A stretch of DNA of 64,000 nucleotides. Source: an uncultured virus (IMG/VR IMGVR_UViG_3300032038_000056). Its lineage: Duplodnaviria > Heunggongvirae > Uroviricota > Caudoviricetes. The first letter of the stretch is position 1; each line of letters starts with the position of its first letter. The notes below the pieces were generated by a model. The model saw only the letters and a list, made by a program, of their open reading frames with translations, was not told the origin of the DNA and searched no databases. Of this stretch, positions 38,526 to 47,714 are shown in pieces. Position numbers and translations under genes: made by a program. The DNA lies in the IMG/VR virus record IMGVR_UViG_3300032038_000056; one strand, 5' to 3'.

Positions 38526-38908
38526 CAGTCCTCCGTCGCTGGCATAAATGTAGACTCAGCACCCGACGGTACGCCGAATGCACCAGAGTTCGCTCCGAGC
38601 GACTTGACGATCTCTTCACGTCCTCTACCGCCGTATGATACGGCCAGACGCATTACCTGATTGATGCGTCCGCTCACATATGAGGAATGGAATGTGGAGG
38701 TCATCGTATAACTGATCGCACACGCATGAGAGATGATGGGTGTGGTGCGCGTCATCAGTTCGAGGGGGTCATCCCCTGTCTCTGTAAGTATGGCCAGTGC
38801 TTTGTCGTAAGCGGTATCCCCAAGTTCCCCGCCGTTCTCTGGGGGGAGTATAGGGTCGCTCATGAGTTCGTCATAGGCGGATTCTTCGGTAGATTCTTTT
38901 TTGGGCAT
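38525..38908 (-). CDS. Hypothetical protein
   Basis: 127 aa, TGATG coupling to ATPase. Confidence 0.65.
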   Translation of the reverse strand: MPKKESTEESAYDELMSDPILPPENGGELGDTAYDKALAILTETGDDPLELMTRTTPIISHACAISYTMTSTFHSSYVSGRINQVMRLAVSYGGRGREEIVKSLGANSGAFGVPSGAESTFMPATED

Positions 38909-38911
38909 CTC

Positions 38912-39151
38912 TCACTCCTTCATCAGTCCGACCACACTATGACCCAGAATGAATATGGAGGGGAACAAGGGCAACAGACCGATGGTGTCCTCTCTCAATG
39001 ATTCGTCCGTGATGACACAGCATATCGAACAGATAGCGAATAGGATGGTAATCATTCTGATCTCGTTCCCCCTCTCACTCTTATTAAGAACGAGTTGCAG
39101 GAGGTAAATCCCGATCATAAGGAGGAAAAACAGCAGTGTGAAATCATCCAT
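38912..39151 (-). CDS. Small 3-TM membrane protein
   Basis: 79 aa hydrophobic; TATA-like element ~39175. Confidence 0.6.
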   Translation of the reverse strand: MDDFTLLFFLLMIGIYLLQLVLNKSERGNEIRMITILFAICSICCVITDESLREDTIGLLPLFPSIFILGHSVVGLMKE

Positions 39152-39630
39152 ATTGGACTTAACGGCTTTTTCAGATATAAGGATTATGTCGGTGTATCTT
39201 TTTTAGTATTACGCTATCACGGAATCGTCCGTAAAGGACGTGTGGGCCGTTTCGTCCTTTTTCACATCTATCCATATAAGCACACGTTTTTCGCGTGCGG
39301 GGAATGTGCCAACAGGGGAAAGGCTTTCTTTTTTGTGTACCATTATCTTCGCATTTCGACCTATAAAATCGAAATAAAAAAAATAAAATCCTTATATTTT
39401 TGATAGCGGATCGATAGATTAAGGCGGACGGAGCTTTTCAGCAATCCGTTTTTTACGGAAATATAGATTTCGTATCTTGACGTAAATGTATTTATATGTG
39501 AAAATGTATAATGACTTCAAGAACAGCATTCTGGCATTGGCTGTTCTGCACCTCAGATCGGACGATCTGGGCGGGGGGAGGATGGGCCCCCCGCCAAAAA
39601 CCCCCATTGACGATTAACGGAGTAGGTAGG

Positions 39631-40326
39631 ATGGCTGAGAGCGACGAGGAGATTACGCCCAAGGTCGTGCTGTATGCAAGGGTGTCTACGACGGACAGAG
39701 GTCAGGATCCGTATACACAGATGGAGATTCTGAGGAAGTCCGCACAGATACGCGGGTTCGAGGTAGTGGGGGAGTTTGTGGATTATGCGTCTGGAAAGGA
39801 CGCTAACAGGCCACAATGGAAAGAGGTAATGGATATGGCCACCCACGGCAAGATAGACGGGATTATGGCCCTCAGAGTGGACAGGGTTATGAGATCCGTC
39901 AAGCACCTTACCTCTACGATAGAAACCCTGTCTACGTGCAAACGTGCAAGCAAAGGTAAGGGAGTATCGCTCATCTTCAACGATTTTGACTTTGACCCCA
40001 ATAACCCCAACAGCAAACTCGTGTTCACGTTCCTGTCCGCTATTGCGGAATGGGAAAGGGAGATCATATCGACGAGAACGAAAGAGGGTATGCAACACCG
40101 TATCTCACAAGGTCAGAAGTTCGGTAAGAAGGTCAGAGAGGACATCCCTCTGAGGAAGATTGCCTTGATGCGGATCCGTGGGGATTCGTGGAACTCTATC
40201 GCTAAATCGTTAGGGATTCCCCGCACGACCATCCTTGATCGCCGTAAGCAGATTGAGGACGAGGTAGAGGTGTGCAGAAAGGACGGGATAGGGGTGTCGG
40301 GGTTGTCGGATGAGGTAGGGGTCTAA
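39631..40326 (+). CDS. Small serine recombinase (resolvase/invertase) with C-terminal HTH
   Basis: VLYARVST, SGKD.NRP, RVDR..RS, AIAEWEREIIS.RT.EG, SWNSIAKSLGIPRTTI; start moved to MAESD after GGTAGG. Confidence 0.9.
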   Translation: MAESDEEITPKVVLYARVSTTDRGQDPYTQMEILRKSAQIRGFEVVGEFVDYASGKDANRPQWKEVMDMATHGKIDGIMALRVDRVMRSVKHLTSTIETLSTCKRASKGKGVSLIFNDFDFDPNNPNSKLVFTFLSAIAEWEREIISTRTKEGMQHRISQGQKFGKKVREDIPLRKIALMRIRGDSWNSIAKSLGIPRTTILDRRKQIEDEVEVCRKDGIGVSGLSDEVGV

Positions 40327-40669
40327 AACCTACCCCCCTTTAAATACTAAATCCGATTTTTGAAATTGACGATTACCGTTCGGTTTCCGACAACCTTTCT
40401 GCCCTTTTCTGACCGTGAATCGGCTGAATTACAATAGCGCACGCGCTCTCGCGTGTATGCGCGTATGCGTATACCTGTACGGGTACGGGTATGCGTAACC
40501 TATTTTACTGTTTCATATCGAAAAAGTAGGAAATAGCAACATTGATTTTTTGAGAAAAACGGACGATTCAAAGAGTTCGGTTCTGAAACGGGTTCATAGA
40601 TCGTCTGCCGTACACGAAAAGGTATGGGTATTTCGTGTTCAGAAATCAATCCGTGAGGGAGTAAAAGAG

Positions 40670-40684
40670 AGTAAGGGGTTTGAT
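40670..40684 (-). terminator. Putative terminator-associated motif, identical to 49158-49172
   Basis: agtaaggggtttgat just downstream of a minus-strand operon end. Confidence 0.4.
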
Positions 40685-40699
40685 GGGTAAGGAACAGGC

Positions 40700-41014
40700 T
40701 TACATCCAGTGGTTCAGCGTGTGGATGGCCTCTTTACGGCCCGCTTCGGTGGTGTTAGAGGACAGACTGCCGTCGGACAGGATACGTGACAGCACCTCTC
40801 TGTTCTTGGTGATCTGATAGAAGTACGCCGTTCTGTCATCAATACCGATTGCACATCCCCTTGAACCAGCGGGGGTGAATATATCCACCATCCCCACCTT
40901 GATTGCAAGGACACGGGCTTTTCTAAGTGCATCCTTCATCGAATCAGCGGTATCCAGCACCTTGTAGGAACTTCCTTTATAGTGAGGAGTCTCGCATATA
41001 TTGTATCTGACCAT
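40700..41014 (-). CDS. Array family small protein
   Basis: DSMKDALRKA ... RILSDGSL. Confidence 0.65.
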   Translation of the reverse strand: MVRYNICETPHYKGSSYKVLDTADSMKDALRKARVLAIKVGMVDIFTPAGSRGCAIGIDDRTAYFYQITKNREVLSRILSDGSLSSNTTEAGRKEAIHTLNHWM

Positions 41015-41026
41015 TTTTACACCTCT

Positions 41027-42154
41027 TCAGTCGAACAGACCCGCATCCCCATCTCCCCACCATCCGCTCTTCGGAGGGGATTTCTTCTTAGGCGGGGATT
41101 TCTTGGCGGTCTTTGTGGGGGTTTTTCCCTTGGATCCCGTGGTCTTACCCTTGACAGCATTACTCCGTGTCTTTGAGGGGGTTCTGCGGGCAGGAGTGCT
41201 TGAGAACGCTGCTGGCAGGCCGTCATCGGCTTTTCTCGGTGCGGATCTGGTTGCTGTCTTCTTTTGAGCGGGTTTCGGGTTTGCACTAGTGGTTGTCTTC
41301 TTGGTAGTAGGCTTTTTACTACTTCCCCCTGTGGATTTGTTTGCGACAGTGCTTTTTTTACCGACACTACAGATCTTCGGGTGTTTCTCGCAAAACGATT
41401 TCTTGGGTTTCTTTTCTTTCTCTTTCTTCTCTTTGTTTCCCTTCTTGGGTTCTACGGGTTTCTCGTCATATCTGGGATATTCCCTTCTAGGCGACTCCCT
41501 TTCAGTGGTCTGTATCGGTGCGGGATATCCCCCCTGATAGATATTGACCATAGCAGGTGATTCTCTCTTAGGTTCTCTGAAATCTTCAGAGGGCATACCC
41601 TGAAACCTACTCATGTCTATCTCTTCATCATCGCCACCACTCTCAAGAATGGAGTCCCTTGTTTTCTTTCCATATCTTATACGGCAGAGATGGGGGTGAT
41701 CCTCACAAAATGCCTTTTTCTTTGTGCGGGACAGTTCGCGGGTGGCCTCAATGCTCTCTTTCTTTGCTTCAGCATATTCTTTGGTTCTGCGTGCGTTTTC
41801 CGTTTTGGACGGTTTTTCAGATTTTTCCGAAGGTTCTTCAGACATGAACGCATCGTACTTCCGTTTCTGTTCGCTATCCCAAATTTCTTTTCTGACCTTA
41901 TCTTGTTCTTTGTTAAACTTGAGGTTCTTTTTGTCAAATCTCTCTCTGAACTCTCTATCTTTATGTGCTTTTTTTAGGCTTTTTTCCAAATCCTTTTGGG
42001 GAGGGATGTCTTCTTCATCATCATCTGATTCAATATCCCTGTTAGCCTTGGCCTGTTCCCTCAACTGCCTGTTCCTTTCAGCATTCGCTCTAAGGGTTTC
42101 AAGGCGTTCTTCGGGACTGATATCGTCGTTATCTTCGATTTTCTTGACTGCCAT
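41027..42154 (-). CDS. Highly charged low-complexity protein with histone-H1-like K/T/S/P tail
   Basis: 375 aa; E/K coiled-coil N-half, two KKxFCExHPxxC repeats, ~100-aa basic tail. Confidence 0.7.
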   Translation of the reverse strand: MAVKKIEDNDDISPEERLETLRANAERNRQLREQAKANRDIESDDDEEDIPPQKDLEKSLKKAHKDREFRERFDKKNLKFNKEQDKVRKEIWDSEQKRKYDAFMSEEPSEKSEKPSKTENARRTKEYAEAKKESIEATRELSRTKKKAFCEDHPHLCRIRYGKKTRDSILESGGDDEEIDMSRFQGMPSEDFREPKRESPAMVNIYQGGYPAPIQTTERESPRREYPRYDEKPVEPKKGNKEKKEKEKKPKKSFCEKHPKICSVGKKSTVANKSTGGSSKKPTTKKTTTSANPKPAQKKTATRSAPRKADDGLPAAFSSTPARRTPSKTRSNAVKGKTTGSKGKTPTKTAKKSPPKKKSPPKSGWWGDGDAGLFD

Positions 42155-42202
42155 ATATAAGAGAATAAGATGTGTATATTAAAAGTAAACGGTATATTCG
42201 TA

Positions 42203-42457
42203 TTACCTATTACTCACAGCCGATCCATTTCTCAATATGAGGTATCTGCTGTAATATGAAGTGCAAATGCGTTTGTCCCCTGTTCGGGTTATGTACTCAT
42301 AGACATACTTCTCGAACGGGGTGATGCGTTTGACGGAAACGCTCTGGCCATCCTTCTTCAGTACGCGGTATGCGTATGCTCTGGCATGTGTGAGAGTGAG
42401 GAATCTCCTGTTCTTTACCTCATAGATTGTTCCGTCGCACTGGTTTGCGGTATTCAT
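42203..42457 (-). CDS. Array family small protein
   Basis: FLTLTHARAYAY ... YLILRNGS. Confidence 0.65.
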   Translation of the reverse strand: MNTANQCDGTIYEVKNRRFLTLTHARAYAYRVLKKDGQSVSVKRITPFEKYVYEYITRTGDKRICTSYYSRYLILRNGSAVSNR

Positions 42458-42714
42458 ATCTTGATCTTACCGTTCTTATACAGCGACTTATGTACCTCTG
42501 GGGGTCCGTAGGCCACCCACATGTATTCATCGCCGTACTGTTTGATGACATAACCAATCGCCATATCATCATCACGTTTCTTATAGATATCGACGTGGGA
42601 CTCTATACGCTCCTTCTTAAGCCAGTCTATCGCTTTCTTGCGTGCGTCCGTCATCGTTGCGGAATACTGTCTGAGGAACGTTCCAGGAATCTTTACGAAG
42701 ACCATCGTAATCAC
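42454..42714 (-). CDS. Array family small protein
   Basis: TMTDARKKAI ... LYKNGKI. Confidence 0.65.
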   Translation of the reverse strand: MITMVFVKIPGTFLRQYSATMTDARKKAIDWLKKERIESHVDIYKKRDDDMAIGYVIKQYGDEYMWVAYGPPEVHKSLYKNGKIKI

Positions 42715-43064
42715 TCACTGAAAAGGGTCTTGTCCACCCATATGCGTCCAGTCGTGTCCACCCTCATGAGCCTGTGGTACGGATCCTTGGCATAGTCCCT
42801 GTCGATAACGCATCCGTCGAAACGTGTACCGCCGTGAGAGTATGTGTTCATTATGACCTCATAGGCCAGACCGTTGAGGGATTTAGGGGTCACGGTAATT
42901 CCCGCTTTGCAGATATACGCCTCATAGTGCTCGATGCCCTTTACGGCCTTACAGCCGATTGCTCTTGCCTTGGTCAGTCCGTCCACACCCTCCCTGTACA
43001 TCTGCCAGTAATACCCTCTCCTCCCGTTCTGGGGTCTGAGGAGTACGATGTCATATTTTGCCAT
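42711..43064 (-). CDS. Array family small protein
   Basis: GLTKARAIG ... RVDTTGRI. Confidence 0.6.
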   Translation of the reverse strand: MAKYDIVLLRPQNGRRGYYWQMYREGVDGLTKARAIGCKAVKGIEHYEAYICKAGITVTPKSLNGLAYEVIMNTYSHGGTRFDGCVIDRDYAKDPYHRLMRVDTTGRIWVDKTLFSE

Positions 43065-43075
43065 AATCTTCCCCC

Positions 43076-43546
43076 TCAATATTTGCCGAGCCTACCTGTC
43101 TTGGGGTTCAGCGTGTATCTTTTCTTCTTGATATAATCGCTGTACTCATAGCGATATCCGTTCGTGTAGATGTAGCCGACAGAGGCCAGTTCGGAACTGC
43201 CGTCACGACTCTTGACAGCGAAGATACCTACCGCACCCCAACCTTCCTTGTGCATCAGCGCACACGCCTTTATACGTGTATCCACCACCGTAGATGCGCT
43301 GGTATGAGGATATGTTTCGTTATGCCCGATGATGAACTTCTCGTGTCTGAGGTCTTTGAATGCCTTTGTGATCGCATCCAGATAGAAGATTGTCACAGGG
43401 GAATCCCCGAATGCCTGTCTTACCTCTACGGATCCAGAAGGGTCCTTGGAGAGAAACGCCTTTGCCGAATCCCTAATCTTTACCATATCTGTCATGAGGG
43501 ATTCATCCGATCCGCCTTTTCCTTTGTGATATATCACTTTGAACAT
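43076..43546 (-). CDS. Array family protein (possibly two units)
   Basis: DMVKIRDSA / TVVDTRIKAC ... YTLNPKTGRLG. Confidence 0.65.
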   Translation of the reverse strand: MFKVIYHKGKGGSDESLMTDMVKIRDSAKAFLSKDPSGSVEVRQAFGDSPVTIFYLDAITKAFKDLRHEKFIIGHNETYPHTSASTVVDTRIKACALMHKEGWGAVGIFAVKSRDGSSELASVGYIYTNGYRYEYSDYIKKKRYTLNPKTGRLGKY

Positions 43547-43552
43547 CTTACA

Positions 43553-43849
43553 TCACCTTTTGAACAATCTGCTACTGTCAAAATAAACTGCTCCGCGTCC
43601 GTCCTTTGTATCCCTATATGCTGTCCAATGGAACGCACTGCGCTCGATACCTGATAAGTACCCCTTTACACCCAGTCTCCTTATGGCTTCATCTCTTGAA
43701 ATGAGCCTTTCTTCGCCATTCTTAGGAATATAAGTGTATCTTGTGTTACCAGATTTCGTTGCTTTCTCAATCTGGGGGAAATCCGAATCTGGGACTCCCC
43801 ATCCTCTCAATATGTTCTTGCGTGATTCCGTGAGTATTGAATCGGTCAT
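43553..43849 (-). CDS. Hypothetical protein
   Basis: 98 aa with AGGTGA RBS. Confidence 0.65.
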   Translation of the reverse strand: MTDSILTESRKNILRGWGVPDSDFPQIEKATKSGNTRYTYIPKNGEERLISRDEAIRRLGVKGYLSGIERSAFHWTAYRDTKDGRGAVYFDSSRLFKR

Positions 43850-43861
43850 TTACATCACCTT

Positions 43862-44065
43862 TTACATCACTTTGTATTTACCCTTGTAGATCCCAGTCTT
43901 GACCGAGTTCCACGATTTGCCTTTGGTCTTACTCCAAGTCTTCGAGGTCTTGTCATACTGATAGACGCTGGCCGATCTGTTCCCGTGTTTCTTGGCACGG
44001 GTAGCCTTACCGCCTTTCACATACACAGAGGATCCTCTTGCCGTATGCCATCCGTCTGTTACCAT
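43862..44065 (-). CDS. Very basic small protein
   Basis: 67 aa K-rich, GAGGTGA RBS. Confidence 0.6.
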   Translation of the reverse strand: MVTDGWHTARGSSVYVKGGKATRAKKHGNRSASVYQYDKTSKTWSKTKGKSWNSVKTGIYKGKYKVM

Positions 44066-44074
44066 CTTGTCACC

Positions 44075-44380
44075 TCACAGAATCCTCTTACCGAGTGTAC
44101 CATCCTTGTTCAAAATGTATTCATAACCCCCCTTAGACCAGTCATTATAATAGGTCATTCCTTCTTGATAATAAATACCAGAAGATTTGAGAGACACCAG
44201 ATCTTCCTTTTTCATACGCTTGACGATACCCATCATATTCTCAGAACCATAGAAGTTCACTTTTATGATCATAGCATCTGGGATGCGACCCGCGATGCTG
44301 TATGCGTACCTTCTTGCACCGTCTATGCTCTTGAAACCGTCTTTACGGATTCCTCTTCCGTATGCTACTACATATTCCAT
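44075..44380 (-). CDS. Array family small protein
   Basis: FKSIDGARRYAY ... YILNKDGTLGKR. Confidence 0.7.
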   Translation of the reverse strand: MEYVVAYGRGIRKDGFKSIDGARRYAYSIAGRIPDAMIIKVNFYGSENMMGIVKRMKKEDLVSLKSSGIYYQEGMTYYNDWSKGGYEYILNKDGTLGKRIL

Positions 44381-44489
44381 TTTACCACCTTTTAGATGAG
44401 ATTCATTGAGAATCTGATATTCATTATCTGTAAATGTCCTCAAAAGTATATTACCTTATTGTTATCAGCGAGTGAACCGATGTATCCTT

Positions 44490-45326
44490 TTACTTGATCC
44501 CCGCTTTCTTCAGAACCTTTACGATGACGGTCTTCTGTACCTTCTTGCACGATACGGACGGCCTTTCCTTCTTCCAATCCGTATTCTGGAGGATATTGCG
44601 TACATATCCTATCATTGACGGATCCTTTACCTTTATCTTGTAGACCATCGCCAAGTCTGGCTCGTTCTCTTTCAACAGCGAACCCGCTCTTCCTCCCCAA
44701 CAGACCATTCTGAAATCGTAATCGAAATCCGCATAACCCTTTGAATCGGATCTCATGAATGATACAGACTTCAGTTCCTCCGATTTCCTCTTATTGACTC
44801 CGTGTGCTGGCCTCCTGTAGATGTTGAAACAGCACTCTACGGGTTTATGGCCAGAGAACACCACCTTACCCAGTCTTTCGCTGTATACAAGGTCGAACTC
44901 ATACATCGTTGCATTCGTTCCGAGTTGGGAGATGGGGAGGATCCAAGCGACATAATCCCCGTATGCCACACACCTCTTCCAGAACTTCTGGGCGAGGCTC
45001 AATCTCGCACCGAACGGGGGGTTGCCTATGAAACATCTGCCTTTCTTATATCTGAGGGGGATTGAGAGGAAATCGCCTTGGGCTATACCGATGCCTTTCG
45101 GTTCTATGTCCACCGCTACAATCGGTGTCCTCTGGTCTATACGTCTGATGCCTCTTATGAATGCGCCAGTACCAGCGGACGGCTCGAAATATTCCGTGAT
45201 GTTGCTTTTCCCCAGAACCCTCTCCGTCGTCAGGACACAATGTGTGGCGAGGCTGTCTGGCGTGTAATACTGGTCATAATCCAGTTTGTGACAGACGTTG
45301 CCCTGATACTGTGAATCGAACTTCAT
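44490..45326 (-). CDS. DNA N6-adenine methyltransferase (gamma class)
   Basis: DQYYTP, FEPSAGTGAF, VDIEP, GDFL, IGNPPFG. Confidence 0.85.
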   Translation of the reverse strand: MKFDSQYQGNVCHKLDYDQYYTPDSLATHCVLTTERVLGKSNITEYFEPSAGTGAFIRGIRRIDQRTPIVAVDIEPKGIGIAQGDFLSIPLRYKKGRCFIGNPPFGARLSLAQKFWKRCVAYGDYVAWILPISQLGTNATMYEFDLVYSERLGKVVFSGHKPVECCFNIYRRPAHGVNKRKSEELKSVSFMRSDSKGYADFDYDFRMVCWGGRAGSLLKENEPDLAMVYKIKVKDPSMIGYVRNILQNTDWKKERPSVSCKKVQKTVIVKVLKKAGIK

Positions 45327-45342
45327 CGGTATCGCCAGTCGT

Positions 45343-45696
45343 TCACTCGATGACCTTTCCGAGAGTTCCGTCCTTGCGGAGTTGTCTCTTTATCGCGGGA
45401 TCCCCGTACAACTTCGGGCGGATGTACATCATTATCCCGCCTCTGTATCTCTGGGCGAATCCGATCTGGTATCCTTCTCCGTATCTTCCTCCCCAACTGT
45501 ACGCATCCATTATGAATACAGTGGTGGTCAGAGGATTGGCGGTCAGTTTCCTGTATGCCTCCGCTCTTACCTTCACAATCGAATCGGACTCATATGCTTT
45601 TGCTCTGGCCTCGTGATCCGCTCTGGCGTAATATCTTTTCATACGCTGAGATGTCTTTCCGATGTATTTGTATGTTCTGTTCAGCAGGCGCATCAC
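45343..45696 (-). CDS. Array family small protein
   Basis: SIVKVRAEAY ... QLRKDGTLGK; start uncertain. Confidence 0.65.
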   Translation of the reverse strand: MMRLLNRTYKYIGKTSQRMKRYYARADHEARAKAYESDSIVKVRAEAYRKLTANPLTTTVFIMDAYSWGGRYGEGYQIGFAQRYRGGIMMYIRPKLYGDPAIKRQLRKDGTLGKVIE

Positions 45697-45920
45697 TGTG
45701 CGACCACAGTTCCTCCCGCTCTGACCCTTCTGTATTCCTTATCGGATTCCGTGTATATCCAAACGCCGTCATCGAGCATATGGATCCGTCCGTAAGGCTC
45801 TCCGTCCTTGAACAGAGGAAGTCTGTCGCCCTCGAACCTCAGACATCCGTATGCGGATTTCCTCATCGAAGGGAGGTCGTCGAACTCTTGTGTCTTACCG
45901 TTGATTGTATATGAGTACAT
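45693..45920 (-). CDS. Array family small protein
   Basis: FDDLPSMRKSAY ... RVRAGGTV; TATA upstream. Confidence 0.6.
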   Translation of the reverse strand: MYSYTINGKTQEFDDLPSMRKSAYGCLRFEGDRLPLFKDGEPYGRIHMLDDGVWIYTESDKEYRRVRAGGTVVAQ

Positions 45921-45956
45921 ACGTCTGTATGTATGTAATATATTAAAAAGGTTTGT

Positions 45957-46346
45957 TCAGCCCTCCGTATCGAGGAGGGTGCTTATGCGCTTATTGACTG
46001 CGACATACAGTTTGTCGTATCCCGCCGTGAGCATCCCCCATGCAGATACAGTGAACAGGAGGAAGAGCAGAGGGATGAACAGATCACGGAACTCGTCTTC
46101 CACATAGGTTATCACACCAGCCCAATCCAGCACCCATACGCATCCAGCGATCAGACCCCATACGGCCAGCCAGGTGTAGAATATGACGGCAAAACAGTTC
46201 ATCCTCATCGTGCGGTATCTCTCTATATCCATCTTTATCTTTACGCACTGTGCGAGGTCGTAACCTTCCAGCATGGGTTCGATTATGTTCCTCTCTTCTC
46301 TGAATCTCATTGTTCCACCTTCGGGTAGTATCTTTTCTTTATCCAA
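45957..46346 (-). CDS. 2-TM membrane protein
   Basis: Two hydrophobic helices; start uncertain. Confidence 0.55.
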   Translation of the reverse strand: MDKEKILPEGGTMRFREERNIIEPMLEGYDLAQCVKIKMDIERYRTMRMNCFAVIFYTWLAVWGLIAGCVWVLDWAGVITYVEDEFRDLFIPLLFLLFTVSAWGMLTAGYDKLYVAVNKRISTLLDTEG

Positions 46347-46579
46347 TCAATGTTGCATAACGCACACAGCCAAGCGGTCATCGGAGGGAATACCATAAAG
46401 GCTATCAGCAGGAACCATTCGTTCCAGTCCTCCACGGGAACTATGCCGTAATGGTCCAATGCACCCAGTATGCCGAAGTACAGCATCAGTCCGATTGTGA
46501 ACCCGATGACGAAATACATCCCGACAAGTCCATGCGCCTTCCATTCGTTATTCATCCCATCACTTCCTGAATACAGCAC
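46307..46579 (-). CDS. 2-TM membrane protein
   Basis: Two helices; LDHYGIVPVED resembles neighbour's LDWAGVITYVED. Confidence 0.55.
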   Translation of the reverse strand: MLYSGSDGMNNEWKAHGLVGMYFVIGFTIGLMLYFGILGALDHYGIVPVEDWNEWFLLIAFMVFPPMTAWLCALCNIDWIKKRYYPKVEQ

Positions 46580-46862
46580 CCAGAGAGCCGTCTGGATTGA
46601 CCTCGCGCCCTCTAAACGGTATCTTCTTCTTGAACCCCCAGATGTTCACGGTCTCCTTGGCATCGGTGAACCACCAGACCTTCCCCGTGGTGTTCAGATC
46701 CCATATCAGCACGCCTTCCTTGTTCTCGCCTTTGTAGACGGTGAACATAGCCTTCCCGTTGATCAGACCGAGTTTACGCATCAAGGTCTTTCTGACTTCC
46801 GTAAGGGAGTCGGCATTGACAGTGAACGAACTGTATCCGTTGTTACAGCGGTATTTGGTCAT
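46560..46862 (-). CDS. Array family small protein
   Basis: DSLTEVRKTL ... EVNPDGSLGA. Confidence 0.7.
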   Translation of the reverse strand: MTKYRCNNGYSSFTVNADSLTEVRKTLMRKLGLINGKAMFTVYKGENKEGVLIWDLNTTGKVWWFTDAKETVNIWGFKKKIPFRGREVNPDGSLGAVFRK

Positions 46863-46871
46863 CTTTACCTC

Positions 46872-47168
46872 TTATGCCCATACCATTTTAACTGTGCCGT
46901 CTTTCCGAATGACATACTTTCTGTTATGATTGTTGAGATTATCGGCGAGATATAAGAACTGTCCGTTGCTTTCTTTCACTTTTCCGTATACCCTTGTGCA
47001 TTTGGGGTTACTGTAGAACGTAACGGTCTCATTGGGGAATATGTACTTCATTATGAACTTCAGACAGTCCTTTCTGGTGTTGAACTCTTTGGTGATGAAA
47101 CGCCCCTCCCTATCATATGGATCATCGGGGTTGCTCCAGCACCTTACAAAATATAATGCACTAGCCAT
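46872..47168 (-). CDS. Array family small protein
   Basis: FNTRKDCLKFI ... YVIRKDGTV. Confidence 0.65.
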   Translation of the reverse strand: MASALYFVRCWSNPDDPYDREGRFITKEFNTRKDCLKFIMKYIFPNETVTFYSNPKCTRVYGKVKESNGQFLYLADNLNNHNRKYVIRKDGTVKMVWA

Positions 47169-47169
47169 C

Positions 47170-47397
47170 TTACCACTCTTTGTACCATTTGCCGAATCTC
47201 TTTTCCCAATGGCCTATCGGACGGTCCGATGCATCCTGTAATGTGAATGCGGTAGCACCGATCCTCTCAGCGTCCTTCTTGACAGCATTCATTATCTTGC
47301 TCTTGGAATAATCCTCATAGACATACAGATCGTGCCAATCCTTTATCCCATAGAACGCTGCTGTGAATTTGGTCTTGCCGTATATGTTGCTATACAC
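47170..47397 (-). CDS. Small protein, WYKEW subfamily
   Basis: YSKSKIMNAVKKDA ... GHWEKRFGKWYKEW. Confidence 0.65.
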   Translation of the reverse strand: MYSNIYGKTKFTAAFYGIKDWHDLYVYEDYSKSKIMNAVKKDAERIGATAFTLQDASDRPIGHWEKRFGKWYKEW

Positions 47398-47449
47398 TCA
47401 CACCGCCCCCTGTTACATCCATATTTCCTTCAAGATATAAAAAGGCCGT

Positions 47450-47713
47450 TCAGTGCGTTTCTGCGGGCTTTATGGCGATTATTACCTTATCCCCTCTGTC
47501 CAGCCCTAACTCCTTGACCTCTTTCGTTATATTGACCGTAAGCGACGTTCCGTTCATTCTTATGGGCTTGACCGTTATGACCATATTCTTATCCGATATA
47601 GCCATTTTCCTCAGAGCCTCCAGTTTGTTTCTGACGTATTCTGACGCATCGGGTTCTGGCATGCCCTGTTCTGGTATGTATCCGAAATTCAGATCGTCAT
47701 CCGCTCTCTTCAT
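47450..47713 (-). CDS. AbrB/MazE-type DNA-binding regulator
   Basis: KPIRMNGTSLTVNITKEVKELGLDRGDKV. Confidence 0.7.
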   Translation of the reverse strand: MKRADDDLNFGYIPEQGMPEPDASEYVRNKLEALRKMAISDKNMVITVKPIRMNGTSLTVNITKEVKELGLDRGDKVIIAIKPAETH

Positions 47714-47714
47714 A

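Noticed and set aside
39631..40326. IS607 TnpA or large serine integrase
   Set aside because: HTH is C-terminal, no adjacent TnpB, and the protein lacks the long recombinase/Zn-ribbon region
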